Below are positions 38,444 to 51,900 of a DNA stretch of 64,000 nucleotides, one piece after another; position 1 is the stretch's first letter, and every line of letters begins with the position of its first letter. The stretch is from Paraspadella gotoi (taxonomy: Eukaryota > Animalia > Chaetognatha). The stretch lies in NCBI GenBank assembly GCA_051294375.1, contig CM119263.1, positions 25,090,688 to 25,154,687 on the forward strand, read 5' to 3'. The position numbers and the translations under genes are program-made. The notes beneath the pieces are model-generated. The model was not told the DNA's origin and did not search any database. It worked only from the letters and a program-made list of their open reading frames with translations.

Positions 38444-38541
<98 letters not shown>

Positions 38542-40511
38542 GTTACCAAGTAGAATCGATTCTATGTACAATACATATTTAACTACATTTTTAGAATTTT
38601 TTGGATTGTCTTCGTTGTCATTGTTGAAATTCAGCGTGACAGCGCCGAGACCTGCTAATAGGTTTACGAATGACAGACAACACACAAATTTTTTATCCAT
38701 TTTTTTTAAACTAAACCGTATTAAAAACAAGTCAAGGAGTATTTTTCTGTTTTAATACATAGTTGGCTATTTTGTTCTAGGGAACAAATTCTGTCCGTAA
38801 AAAGTCAAATGATGAACAGACTGCCAATAATCAAAGTCATGGACGTCTAAAAAATCCGGAAACCTCACGAGAAAATCCCCCCCAAATTCCCCGCCCCTCG
38901 ACCGACAGCGTCTGGCGATCGGATTAAAGCGGATTATGACGGGCGAACCCGCTAGTGTCGGGCAAAGGCACAGTGGCTCCGTCGGGACTAGGCCGGGCAA
39001 AGGAGATGGCGTTGTGTCCGGAGAGATTATAAAAAGTAAGGAGTGAGGTTGACATTTTCAGGCGTGCGAATTTTCCTGTCGACACGAATAAAACTCGCCG
39101 GTCGATGAGCTTTTATTTACATTTATTCTGGGAATTTGTTTACTCCTCCGCCGCACGGAATAACCTCGTTTATCAGAGTGATTCTCGTCTTTTTTTTTTC
39201 AGTGAGAGGTTAGAAAATTAGTTGTAACAGAAACGATAAATAAAGTACAGGGAATGCAACGTAACAATCGGAGACTGACCGAGCTACTTTGTATTTTAAG
39301 TCTATTCTTTTTACAGAACGTACGCGCACTAAGGACAAATACCGCGTTGTCTACAGCGACCATCAACGGGTGGAGCTGGAGAAAGAATTTATTCTTTCTC
39401 CCTACATCACCATCAAGAGAAAGGCCGAGCTTGCGCTGTCGCTTGAACTCTCCGAAAGACAAGTGAGTTACCGGGTGAGGCGATGTGAGAGGATTATGAA
39501 CTAAGAAAGTTGTCACAAGAAAGTAATATTAGAATTAAATTTTTACTTAACTTCTTGGTGTATTTTCTCTTTCTTAACTCCTTTATCCGAGTAAATATTC
39601 ATACGCAAAAAATCTAATTTACATTTCGAAATTCTTGAAGATAAAATTAAATACTTTTGCTTCCATCGGTGTCCCTCGGTTCTCAGGTGAAAATTTGGTT
39701 CCAAAACCGCCGAGCGAAGGAGAGGAAACAATTTAAGAAGGAGGGCGCCATCGGCGCCAAAGATTCGACTCCGGCGTCGCGCGTCTCCGACGGAAGTCTC
39801 TCCCCGACGCCAGAGGAAGAAGACGCCGTCGCCCTGGGCGTCCCTGACCTTGGGTCAAAGGGGACGGAAAGTGCGCCGGGAGCGGAGCCTCGTGTCGCGG
39901 GAACAGGCGTTGTCGACGAGCGCGGCGTCGAGCTCGGCGTCGGCGGCGTTCTCGGCAACGTCAAATCACAAACGAACGAATCAAGTTATTCCATCGATAC
40001 CAATTTTCATCCTCCTTCCGAAGACCAAACTTTCTTTCCACCGCTTCCGCCGCTGCAGCAACACGCGCAGCATCAGGAGGGCTTCGCTCAATTTCAGCTT
40101 CAGCATTCGGCGCCGAGACCCGAGGAAGAGTCACCGTTGGCCTCTTTGCAGCAGCATGCTGCAGTGGAACAGGGTCTAATACAAAGTTCCTTGCAGTCGA
40201 GGGTTACAGAGCAACTGTTGCGGCAGCGGCCCACGATAGATAAACAGCTGCAGCATCAACCTCCGAATCAAAAACCATTTGATTACATTTCTGCGGAAGC
40301 CAATTCTTTCGACGCCGCTCATTACGACGCTGCGTGCGCCTCGCCTCTTCCGTCGTCGCCCTATTTCTACAATAACGCGGAAGGGCGCCACTTCTTTCCC
40401 TCGCAATCGCAACTCGAGAAGAATTCCGCGTTGGAGTCGGCGACGATGACGACGACAATGATGACGACGAGGACGGAGAAAGCGGAAGAGGATTCCTCGA
40501 CAATCCGTTGA
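35156..40511 (+). CDS. Cdx: Caudal-type ParaHox homeobox protein; exons 35156-35883 (tentative), 36264-37012, 39317-39462, 39687-40511
   Basis: Spliced homeodomain [49 protein letters not shown]|[14 protein letters not shown] carries the Cdx-diagnostic [11 protein letters not shown] and RRAKERK. Phases are consistent (caa|gtgagg to tacag|aa, phase 1; caa|gtgagt to ctcag|gtg, phase 0). Exon 1 joins in frame only through the GTTAGT donor at 35884. AATAAA at 40598. Confidence 0.93.
39317..39734 (+). other. Cdx: Cdx homeobox, split by a 224-bp intron (39463-39686) between RQ and VKIWF
   Basis: Direct translation of the two exons with canonical GT-AG sites. Confidence 0.95.
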
Positions 40512-41043
40512 GAACAAATTGGTTGTAGATGCTGCGGGAATCGGGGAGAAGTTAGTTTTCAGTAGCGTTATCCAGGATGATGATGATGCTTTTCTTAAAT
40601 AAAGATAACAAGGCTTTAAGTTCAATTATGCAAGCATTTTAAAATGGCCATGTTTTTCTTGTAACGCATTGTCGACAAATAAGCGACGTTTCAATGATAT
40701 TCAAACCCTCGAATTCCTGGAATGTTTTTGAAATGTTTTTTTTCGATGCCAAAAAAAAAGAACAAACAAAAAAAAAAGGTGAATTTTTGTCCTTTTTTCT
40801 CCTTTTTTTCCCCGACTTCAGCTCCTAAAGCTGCCGAACGAACCAGAGAACAAACGGCGGCGGCGGCAAAGATCAATGGGCTGACCGCAAAGGTCAATTA
40901 GGCGGGGATCAAAGAAGTTTCGCCGCCAAACCCTTTCGCCGCCGCCAGCCCAGATTTTCGCCGATTTTCCTCCTCTTTTGTTTTCCAAATTCTATGGTGT
41001 TTTTCTATGGGGCCAAGGATCGCCGACCGGTCGGACGAGAGGA

Positions 41044-41121
<78 letters not shown>

Positions 41122-41819
41122 TAGATAGAGAGTTCGGGTTCCGGCGATGATGGTCAAAAAAGAGAGAGGCCAGCCGCCGCATGGGTCAACGGCCGAAGCC
41201 AAGCCTTGCCCATGCTTTGCAGAATAGTAACGCAGAAACTCGTAATTCTTGTTACAAACGGAATGAATCTCTAGAGTGACTTTTATGAGAAGAGGAGGGA
41301 GAGAGAGAAGGAGAGAGAGAGAGACTGAGAGAGAGTGAGAGAGAAACTTAAACGTCAGTGGTATGATTTATGAAGAAGTTCTGGTTTCGACTCGCATCCG
41401 AATTCCTAAAATAAAATTTTATTTTTGAATAGCGTAATCTGTAGAAGAACGTGCATGGATTTACTATTTATTTACATAGTCTGCTAATTTTTTTCAGCGT
41501 ATTTTGAAATGTAATTGTTTTAATTTCATTGTACTATTATGACCCCAGCTTCATTCCGGAGCTGAAGAATTGACTATAAGCTTTAAGGGCTTTCAAATTT
41601 TTTGTTGGTTAGATATTAGTTACTTTGTAAACTTGTAGATATTGCCAGTATCTAGTCCAATATATCACAAAATGATTTGATTTAAATTTTGCAAAATTCT
41701 TCGCTTTTCCTTTTTATATGCGTAATGATAAGTATGGCTTTAGTTACTAAGGATAATTCGAGAGTCACAAAAGCACCAGTGAAATAATATTTGTAATTTA
41801 ATTGATTCATTTTCTAATC

Positions 41820-43867
41820 TCAACACATCCCGTCCAACGCACTTCGTCGACCGATCAGACTTTGCAGGTTTGCTCCCGGCAACTCCGGCAGAATCTTCCT
41901 GCAATACCCCGGATCGTACGGAACAGCCGTGACCATCCGACAGAGCAATTCTGCTTTGCTATGGTCGATTGGGCCGTTTCTCTGGTAAAACCGTGAGAGG
42001 TCGCGGAACATCTTGTCGTCGCGGATCATTCGACGAACGATTCGGTCCCAGTCGCCCGGGAAGATCGTGGAGGAGTTGTAGGCAGACGTCGCCGCGTATT
42101 CCAGCTGCCAGTCGGCGTGTCCTGCGGCGTTGGCGAGGGTGAGGTTAAGAAAGTGAGTCTTCGATTCGAGGACCTGGAAGAAACCAAAGATTTCAGGTTC
42201 AAACAAATGAACAAGACCTTTTGGGAGATTTGTCTTGAACGTATAATTTGATTTATTCTTTGAATGCTTCACGATGTACGTATTTAAGTTAAATTGACTT
42301 TATTTAAGCTTGACGTCATTTTTACGCGTATCATAATAATTGTTTGGGGTTTCTGTTGTTGGCTATTGATCTACTAAAAGCTATATTCCATTTGTCAAAC
42401 CTGCCGAGTCGAATTTGGCCGCAATCCATCGACTTCGTATATCCGAAAAGCCGGATTATTGTTGCTGTAACTCGTAGCAGAGGGCGCCACGTAGGCAACA
42501 GCGACGGGCCGCTTGAGAGTTGCAGCATCGTAGAACACCCGGAACTCGTCCAAGTGGGTGTGGCCGAAGAACTGACCGGCAATCGTCGACTCGAACCTAT
42601 CAACGATGCGCACGTAGTTAAACGCCCAAGACTTGAGGCAACCGGTGGGCGGAACGTGACCCAGAATGTGCACCTTCTCCCCGGCAGCCTCCGCGGCCAA
42701 GAGCTCGTGGACGAGCCATTTGAGTTGGCCTAGAGGGTCGTTGTCGTCGATGAGCAGCCACCAGTTGTCGAGGAGACAGTAGTTGGTGTTGAGGGAGACG
42801 ACTCGGAATCGATCGTCCACGCGCGTCGAGTAGAAAGCGCCGCGTCTCACAGTCTGAGGAGAATCAAAGCCCGAGGGGAGTCGATTACTCCAGGTTTGCT
42901 CCATCCGGTCGTAGAGCCACGACATGGAGTGGTGTCCGTCGTAGTCGTGAGGAGGAAAATTATTGGCGGGAGCCGATTCATGGTTGCCGAGAGCGGGAAA
43001 GATGGGTGTTCGAGGAAAGGCGTTTGCGAGGGCGTCGAAGATCCAATCGGTGCTCCGCAAATTTTTGGATTGCGTTTGGTTCCAAATGTCGTGGGGAGGC
43101 GCGTCGCCGGTCCAGTAGATCCAGTCGAATCCACCTTCGCTCTTTTCTAGCCTCTTGAGCGCCTCCAACATGTTGTGGAAAGTCCTTTGAGGGATGTCAC
43201 ATTTTCCGGTAGAACCCCAGTATCCTGCGGGGGATTTTACCTTTTTGTCCTTGAAGACGTCTCGATCGCGACAACAAAGTGGCTCGTCGCAATCGGATTC
43301 CGCTCCTGGTTTGTATCGAAAATCCACGTGGGGATCGGAGATGTGCAACACCCTCTTTCGTGGGGCCCCCTTGGGTGGCGTCCGCGGCGGCGTCACGGGA
43401 GGCTTCGGCGGCGTCGACGGGATCGTCACCATCCACCGAACTTTGATCGACGGCGAGCAAACGTTAAACAGAAGCTCGCAAATCTCGTCGCCAGGTCGCG
43501 TCGTGTTGCGGAGCGTCTCCACCGCCATGTCCTTGTAAAGTGAGACGGCGCCGGCGCAGACTTTCTTGGCGACGACGCCCAAAAAATCGAGCGGTCCACA
43601 AAGAGCGCCGATGATCTTGGCGATAACCTTGGGGGAATCGATGACACGTGCGGCGACTCGAGCGCTTTCAAACGCCGCTCGACAACCCCAGCATTTGAAG
43701 TCAAAATATTGAGACGGCGCCGTGGACTCAAAGATTTTATCCGGCGACAAATGATCAAGTTCTGGCGCCGCATTTTCCTGCAACGATTTTAAATTCTCTT
43801 TCGGGAAGGCAGCGACGCCGACGAAAAGAAAATAAAAAAGAAGCAAGATCGAGTCTGAAAATCTCAT
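41820..43867 (-). CDS. SMPD1: Acid sphingomyelinase (saposin domain plus metallophosphoesterase); exons 43867-42401 and 42173-41820
   Basis: Signal peptide; six-Cys saposin domain (CWGC...C...C...CELLFNVC); Pro-rich linker PPKPPVTPPRTPPKGAP; metal motifs HISDPHVD, WTGDAPPHD, LGNHE, ILGHVPP, FFGHTH. Phase-0 intron cag|gtttga...ttccag|gtc; ends in a C-terminal Cys. Confidence 0.95.
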
Positions 43868-44609
43868 AGTGAAGATTTTAAAAGGGATTTAAATGATAAA
43901 AAATAAAGAGTTCGTGACAAATGAAAATGGAATCACGTTTACATGGAATTTCTGCGAGACCTCAAGTATTCCAAACAAATCGGATCTTATCGAACCATTT
44001 TGATCGTTGTTGTTGTTGTTGTTGTTAGTATTGATTTTAAAGCGAGGTGTGTAACTATTAAGTCGTTTACGTACTATTTATTCGGAATTGACCAAGGTAG
44101 AAGAATAAAGATTGCTTGCGTACCTATCAATATCAATTATTCAACCGCCAAAGTAGGTTTTTAGCCGGGCAATAACAACGACAATGTAAAACCGTGGATT
44201 GCGTCACCTGTCAACGATTACGTACATTACGATGTGGTACATTTATTTAAAATTTTTTTTATTAGATCATTAAACGCGGTTAAATTTTTACCCGCAATTT
44301 CGACTATATGTTTAATTTACGACTCTTAATCACTAATCAGTCGACCATTTTAATTTTCGTTAAAATAAACCTGTGCCAGACGTTTGGGGACAAGAAGTGA
44401 GGGTGGGCGGCCTGGAACGATAACCAAACTCGGAAGATTCTTTCAAATCTTTTAGTTAACATGAAATTTCGAGAGATTGCATGAAAGTCAGTAATTATGG
44501 ATAGTGAGGATATATATATTTAATATTAAATAACAAAATGTTTGCGTGTTTTTATCTCTGAGACCTCCCAACGGCCGAGGAAGGCAGCTGTTGGATTTCG
44601 TGCAGCGGA

Positions 44610-44647
<38 letters not shown>

Positions 44648-45137
44648 TGTCATCGTTTTGAGATCGCGCCGGTGTTGTTGCGTTTATCATTATTTATCGA
44701 AACTAGAATTTTCGGAAACTATTACTATTCATTATATTTTCTTCGATTCCATGGATTAGAATATCTTCGTTCTAATTTTCTTTATTTATCGTTTGATGAC
44801 CTTTCAAATACAAGACGGACAAAAAAAAAACAAAAAAAAACAAAAAAACTGAGGATTGCATGCCGGGTGCCGAATAACGCGTCACTACATGGCGCGTGCC
44901 CATTGCCCAATGCCAGTCTCGAGATTGCGGAATGTAAACCATCCGAAATCTGAAAACGGCACAAACTATTTGCACACTAAAAAAACAAAACAAATCTGTT
45001 TCGACGTCATCGAACTCAATGAAGTTCGACTCTGTTCCGAAATGAGCTCTTGCCTCCGTCTAAGAGTCTCTCGGTATCCAACCAATTAGCTCGATCGTCT
45101 TCTACAATGTTTGCATATTTTCTTTGCTTTCCTTGGC

Positions 45138-45246
<109 letters not shown>

Positions 45247-47194
45247 GCACTCGCACTCACTTTAGTTCCATCTGAGAATGGAAGGAATTTACCCCGGGTC
45301 TCATCTCAAGTTCTTTCATCTTTCTAGAACGCAGCTCAACAACGCTCCCGATTTCTTAACGTTACAGATGTTAAATTTATTTGAATCTTGAAAGTGAATC
45401 TCGGTTGTTATAAGGCGGCGACGAATCTAACCAAAGTTTTTTTTTGGAAGCTTTACTCTTCTTCACCCTTTTCGTCGTCGTCGTCGTCATCGTCGTCTCT
45501 GTTGTTCTTTGTAACCGCCCGCCCACAACATCTGTTTAATTCTAAACTTCAAAACATCACACATTTTCAAAAAAAATTAATAGTTTTATCGTCAAAAAAC
45601 AATTTTTTAACGAACAATTTATAAAGATTTAAATATTAATTTGACTCCCTGTTACAGGTTGTAACGGCATTTTAAATAACAAATTCTTTCCTTCCCATTT
45701 TTTGAAATCTCTTAAACATTAAAACCTCTTTAACAATTTTTTTAAAAAAAATTTATTAAAACTAAAGTCGGAAAAATGAAACTCATAACCTTTGGAATTT
45801 TAACCACAAATGTCCTTAGTCTAGTTTAAAGGTTCACATGTCTCGCCGATTCTAAAAAAAGAATCTTCTAAAACTCATCCTCTTTGCAAACAGCAGGATT
45901 TACAACTGTATCTCCTTCTTGCCTTTGGACGAGGAAAGGGTTTTTGCTCTGAATTGTGACATCAGAATGCACACAGACACACGCAAAATAAGGAATAGTA
46001 TTTAAAGAAAAGTCGACCATTTAATGTCATTGAGAGAAATAGAGTAAGAAAGTCAAGCAATCCAATTAACAGAAGATCTTTTCTTCTCTCTCTCTCTCTC
46101 TCTCTCTCTCGATTTGGCCGTGTTTTATTTGTTCTTTAACACCCGGAAGCGTTACTGTCACCGATTACGATAATGCCGTCCGTCAAAAGCAAATTTCTAT
46201 TTTAATTGCTGTTATACTGTTATACTACTAGAGCAACTGTCAAATATAAAAAATTGATACAAATACAAAAATCTGCGCTAGATTATACGTATATTAAATG
46301 ATTATTGAAAAGCTGTTTTACGAAACATGTTCAACTACTTTTAATAAATATTATCATAGTCATCGATAAATTTGTGATTTTGACAATAATAATATAATAA
46401 GTATAGTATAAAAAATTCTCCAGTGTTCCAATAGTTACTGATTTTGTCATCATGACATAGTAAGGGAGGGAATTTTTTTTGAGGATTCTTTTTGCTGCGC
46501 ATGCGTCGTTATATCGATCGTTTGCAATTCTTTTTGTCAAGAGACAATGAAAAAAATATTTCTTTCACCAGGCGTCGATATCCAGATGGTTAAGGCAAGC
46601 CTCACAATTGTTTCCTATAGGACATCATTAAAAATAATCAATTTAAAAATTGAAAAGGAGCGGTGACCTCGATACAGATATGGCATGTATAACAAATACA
46701 AAAATTATTCATTTCATAAATAAGCTTTCTTGATCCCTGCTATATTGTATGAGTGAACTGTATGTAAAAAAAAAATTCTGTTAAATTCTTAGATTATCAA
46801 TAAAATAAATTAAAACAAAAATACACTCTCTGGCTCTGTCTCACGCTCACGCACAAATAGAAAAAAAATCTTGATAATAAGTGACATGCGATAATAATTT
46901 TCAAATTTTTAAAGGGAAAAGTCAAAATTTAAAGTTTAAATTTGTCTGTTTTTATTCAATTTTTAATTAATTTAAAAAAAAAAATAACCGATACAACCAT
47001 CCAATATAAAATCTATTTGATTTTACTGTATCTGACCTAATTAAAGACGTAAATATTTAGTTATTATGCTATTCCATGCATGAAATTACAATATCACAGG
47101 GCAAAAAGAAAAAAAAAACGATTATAGAGCAGTCAAGAATCTGTTAAGAATACATTTTGAGTTGCACCGTTCTATTTTAAGTTTGAAAAGAATC

Positions 47195-47230
<36 letters not shown>

Positions 47231-47233
47231 CTT

Positions 47234-47346
<113 letters not shown>

Positions 47347-48980
47347 CCTCCCTCCCATCCATTCTTCCTTAAATCGATGAACAAACGTCGATGGCCAAAA
47401 TTAAAAAAAAAAAAATCCTCACTTCAACTGGAAATCTTATTGTGTTTGTTCAAATCGTTCGCTCTCTCTTTTTTTCACTTTCTATGTATAACACTATAGC
47501 TAAATAATGTAATTTGCTTGCGCTTTCCATACACGAGAGCCAAGTAACTCGATTTACAAAACAATTTTTTAGACTGAAAGGATGGATACAAGCCAAATTA
47601 GGTTCGAAAGTCAAGCGAAGTCAACTTTTCAGTTCGGGCGACAAAGATTTTCTTCAAAATCGCATCATGCTCTTCTCGAGGCCCTACATCGAAACGAGCG
47701 CCCTTCAAGAACTCTACAATTTACACTAAATTCCCACAGTCATGGACTTGGAAATGGTTCCAAATGTTTTTTTTTTGCGCGTCGGAGGTGCGTCGAAGCA
47801 AACATTCGCTTAATTGCTCCCCTGTTTCTCATGTTTGCTCTTTCGCCCCGGCCAGCGCTTTCTCTCGCTCAGGATAAAGTTTAATCAAACACTTTGGATG
47901 GAATCGAAATCCAGAAAGAAAATAAATGGGAGACGAGTTTCAAGTTTTGAAATTTTTTTTTTTCTGTATTTTACATTTTGGAAGGATTCTCGGCGGCCTT
48001 TTTTTTAGCTGAAACGATTGTATCTCTCTCTCTCTTTCTCTCTCTCTCAGTCTCTTTATTTTTTTACCCTCTCTTTCATTCTTGCTCTTTTCTCTGACGT
48101 CCCTTCCCAGCTAAAAAAGAAATTTAAATGCAAAGTCGGTTTAAAAAAAAATTGAGGATTCTCACTGCGTTCCTTTCAGAAATGTCAAGCCAACATTGTA
48201 ATGGCCGCGAAAGAAATCCGAACAAAAAATCCATTTTTCTGGCCGAATTTTAAAGGAAAAAATATTTTTGAAAAAAATTTTGAATTCGTTTATTTTTTTG
48301 TAGCATAAAAAATATATAATTTATTCGTTTTTGAAAAAAAAACACAAAAAACTGCGTTGCAAAAATAGAGCAACGACTATTTTTTCTCTTGGGCTGAAGT
48401 CGAAAACTTTTCTCGCGATGTTTTATTAACGGATTTTGGAAGCGAAAAAAAAAGAAAGAAAATAAACATATTTTTGGCTTGGGACTTTTGACTCCCTCTC
48501 CATCTCACTCGCTTCTGTCAATTTGTCACTAGCTTCTATCACCATTCTCTCACGAGATTCTATCTCTTCTCATTTGCAAATCTTTTACAATTAAAATGAC
48601 TAATCTTCAAATTTAAGGCCCCTCACATATTCTCACCCATCCTTTCTTTACTCCTTTGATCTTTCGCGTCATATTTCACGGACGATCGCCTCTCCACCGA
48701 CGAAGTTATTTCCTTCTCAGGTCTCGATTCCATTTTTATTCCATTTAATCTCTTCTTTCATCTTTGACGCGCAATTTCTAAATTTTCACAATATCACAAG
48801 TTGCCTCCCTGTCTTCACGATTCTCGCTGACCGCTACAATTTTCTACATTTCTCGATATTGCGAAGAAAAAAGAAAATGTAAGTCAAAAAGGAACAAAAT
48901 ATCTTTAAACTCTTTCCGCTTGCAGAGAGAGAGAGAGAAATTCGGGGGATATTTCGGGCGACGCTGAAACCAACAGGGAG

Positions 48981-51900
48981 ATGCCGGCGCCCAAACGAAG
49001 AGCTCCTCCTCCGCCTCCTCCACCTCTTCCTCAACCACCCTCTCGATCCGACGTCCTCGCCACGCCCCCTCGTCCCCCTCCGCCGCCCGAAACTCACCCA
49101 ACGCCTCCAAAAGATCATCATCCTCATCCAGGGAACGAATCCTCACCTCAAGCCTCTCGTCGCGTCTCATCGCTGGAGACTCCCAACCGTCCGACCTCGC
49201 CTCCGGAAAGACCTTCCGCTTTTCCTCACCCAGCATCAGCATCAAAAACTCCTCGTCGTCCGACTTCTCCGCCGGAGAGAACTCGAGCGACTTCTGCCGA
49301 AAAACCTTCTTCAATCCCGAGTCAACCACCCTCTTCTCCGCCCCATTCTACTTTATCTCCTCCTCCATCTACTCCTCCCCGAAAATGTCATCCAACTCCT
49401 CTTCCTCCTCCTCATCCCTTTCCACCCAGCGAAATTTTCCCGCCCACTCTCGATTCATTCGCTCCTCTTCCTCTTCCGCCTCCTCCCCCACCTCTTCCCC
49501 CTCCCCCTACCAACTCCTCCCCGGTGACTCAGACTTCTCCTCCGCCCAGAGGTTCTTCGGATCCTCCGTCACCATCCCTGCGACACCGACGGCAGTTGCA
49601 GAAACGACAGCAGGAGCAGCAGGAAAGTCAGCGGCGGCAGGGTGAGCCGCCTTGCCCCGTGACGTCATCGGAATCTTTGATTCCGTTGGGGTCGTCGTCG
49701 TCGTCGCCGGCGGCGGCGGCGGCGGCGGCGAAAAGCGGTGAATCTAAAGGCGAATCTAGTCAAGGCGACGAATCTAACTTACCTCAGGTAAGGAGAAATG
49801 TTAGCGCTTTCACAAAAGATTTGTCGATGACAAATTTGTCCGGCAAGGGCCGTACGGCAATGAACGGGAATACAAAAATACAAAAATAAATAAAATTATG
49901 AAACCAAAAATACATTAGAATTCATCTTTATTTACGCCAAAAACGCGACATTAAATATATATCTTTGAAAAGTAAAAAATCCTCACTAAGTCGAGGAATT
50001 TTTAGCATTTTTGTCGTCCGTCGATTTTCATTGTAATTTCGATTTTTCTTTCTCTTTTTTAGGCTAAAATTTGGAAATTGGAATCGGGTCGCGAGACGCA
50101 GCCAAAAATCCTGGAAGCGACGGAAGGGACAGGCGGGGAGACGACGTCGACGACGATGACGACGACGACGACATCAGCATCGACGGGCGGACTCGAAGAT
50201 TCAGAGTCGAAAGGACGAGAAACCGAAGTCAAACAAATCGACGGACGGGAGAGAGAGATTAGGGAAAAACCGGCGGAAGGGTTCGACGGAGAAAAAGGAG
50301 AACGAATCTTAAAAGAACGAGGGCCGAATTACATCGTAGAACGAGAGAACACTCCAGAGGAAGACCTACAAAAATGGCCGAAAGAACTACTCGTAAAATA
50401 TTCTGGGAAACCACAAGACCAACTGGAAGAACAACCAGAACAATCAGAGCAAACCTGGGATAGACAATCACAACTGGAAACTCACTCGCTTTACAAACGA
50501 AGCGAATCGATCGAGAGAGAAGGAAATCGTCCACAACCTCCGCGCAGAGGACATCGTCTCATGGAGAGTCGGAAGGGGAGGGCGCCGCCTCCGCCGCCGC
50601 CGGCGCCAACGGCGCCACTTTCAATGTCATCCGTGAGCCAGTAAGTCATTTATGCTTTTCATACTTTATATGATGTGTGTTCATAACGAATATTTACGTT
50701 TACTACAATTTTTACGCTAATTTTGTGATATCTCCAGAGAGACCAATGGATTCAACTCTTCTAATTTTTCTCCATCATCGGCGACGACCTCAACGCCCGC
50801 TATTTCGGCGCCACCTCAAAGACCCAAATCTCTTTCAACCGTCAAAAAACGAGCGGCTCCTCCGGGGCAGCCGAAAACATCGTCGACGAGGCGACCGGTT
50901 CCACCGCTACCACCACCGCCGCCACCTCCACGTAATACAGCGCCTCTTCCGGCGCGGGAATTAACAAAAGCCGAAAATCNNNNNNNNNNCGCCTCTTTCG
51001 GCGCGGGAATTCACAAAAGCCGAAAATCAAAATATAACTCGCGAAAATCCTAATGGAAACAACAATAATAACGAAGATATTGACATTGCTAATGGCACCG
51101 AAATCAAAACAAATCCCAAAGATTCTCGGCACCCAACTCGGCCCCCGATTGGCGCCCGTCGACGCCGTCAAAGAAACACGCCGCTTCAGGACAAAATCAA
51201 TGAGGAAAGCGCCGCAATTTCGGAGGACGACGTGGCGTTTAAAAACAACGCCGGGGAGATTTCGCCGGCGTCGCCATCTCACGCATTCGAGGCGTTTCGC
51301 TTCGATTCCGCCTCAGGTTCCAGATTCGCGGACGACAGCTTGGGCGCCGCTTCCGCTTCAACATCCAGTTTCGGTGGCGCTTCCAGTTTCGTCTCCGATT
51401 CCTCGCGTTTTCGTCGAGATAGGAGTCCTAGTCTGGATTCTTTGCGTCGCCCGTTTTCGGCGCTGGAATCCATCACCTCCGGATCTCATTCGGATTTCGA
51501 TGCGTTCGACGCGGCACCGCCTCGTCGCCCACCGGCGCCTTTGTCGCCATCGACGGCGCCCTCGACGGCCTCTTCCTCGGGTCGTCTGCGTCGGGGTTCG
51601 CTCGGCGGGTCGTTGGGGTCACTAGGTTCGCGCTCTCTCGACGACGAACTGGAAAATCTTTCCAACTCGGATTGCTCTTCTGTTTCGGCGTCTGGAAGAC
51701 AAGGTGGCAGCAGCCCTCTGGCGGAAAATTGCAGATCGACGATGGACAAAAGGGAAATCAACGTTATTTTGCCTGGGCCGCGGATGAGGCTAATGATGGT
51801 CGATGTCAGGTGATTAAATGTTTGTGAATGTTAGATTTCTATCTGTAAGTTTTTATGTCCAATCTTGTTCCTGTTCCTCACATACAAAGCATGCCGATGA

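Noticed and set aside
41538-41567. ATGA...TGAA hairpin between Cdx and SMPD1 as a possible SECIS
   Set aside because: Helix too short, no apical AA, and neither gene has an in-frame UGA needing recoding.
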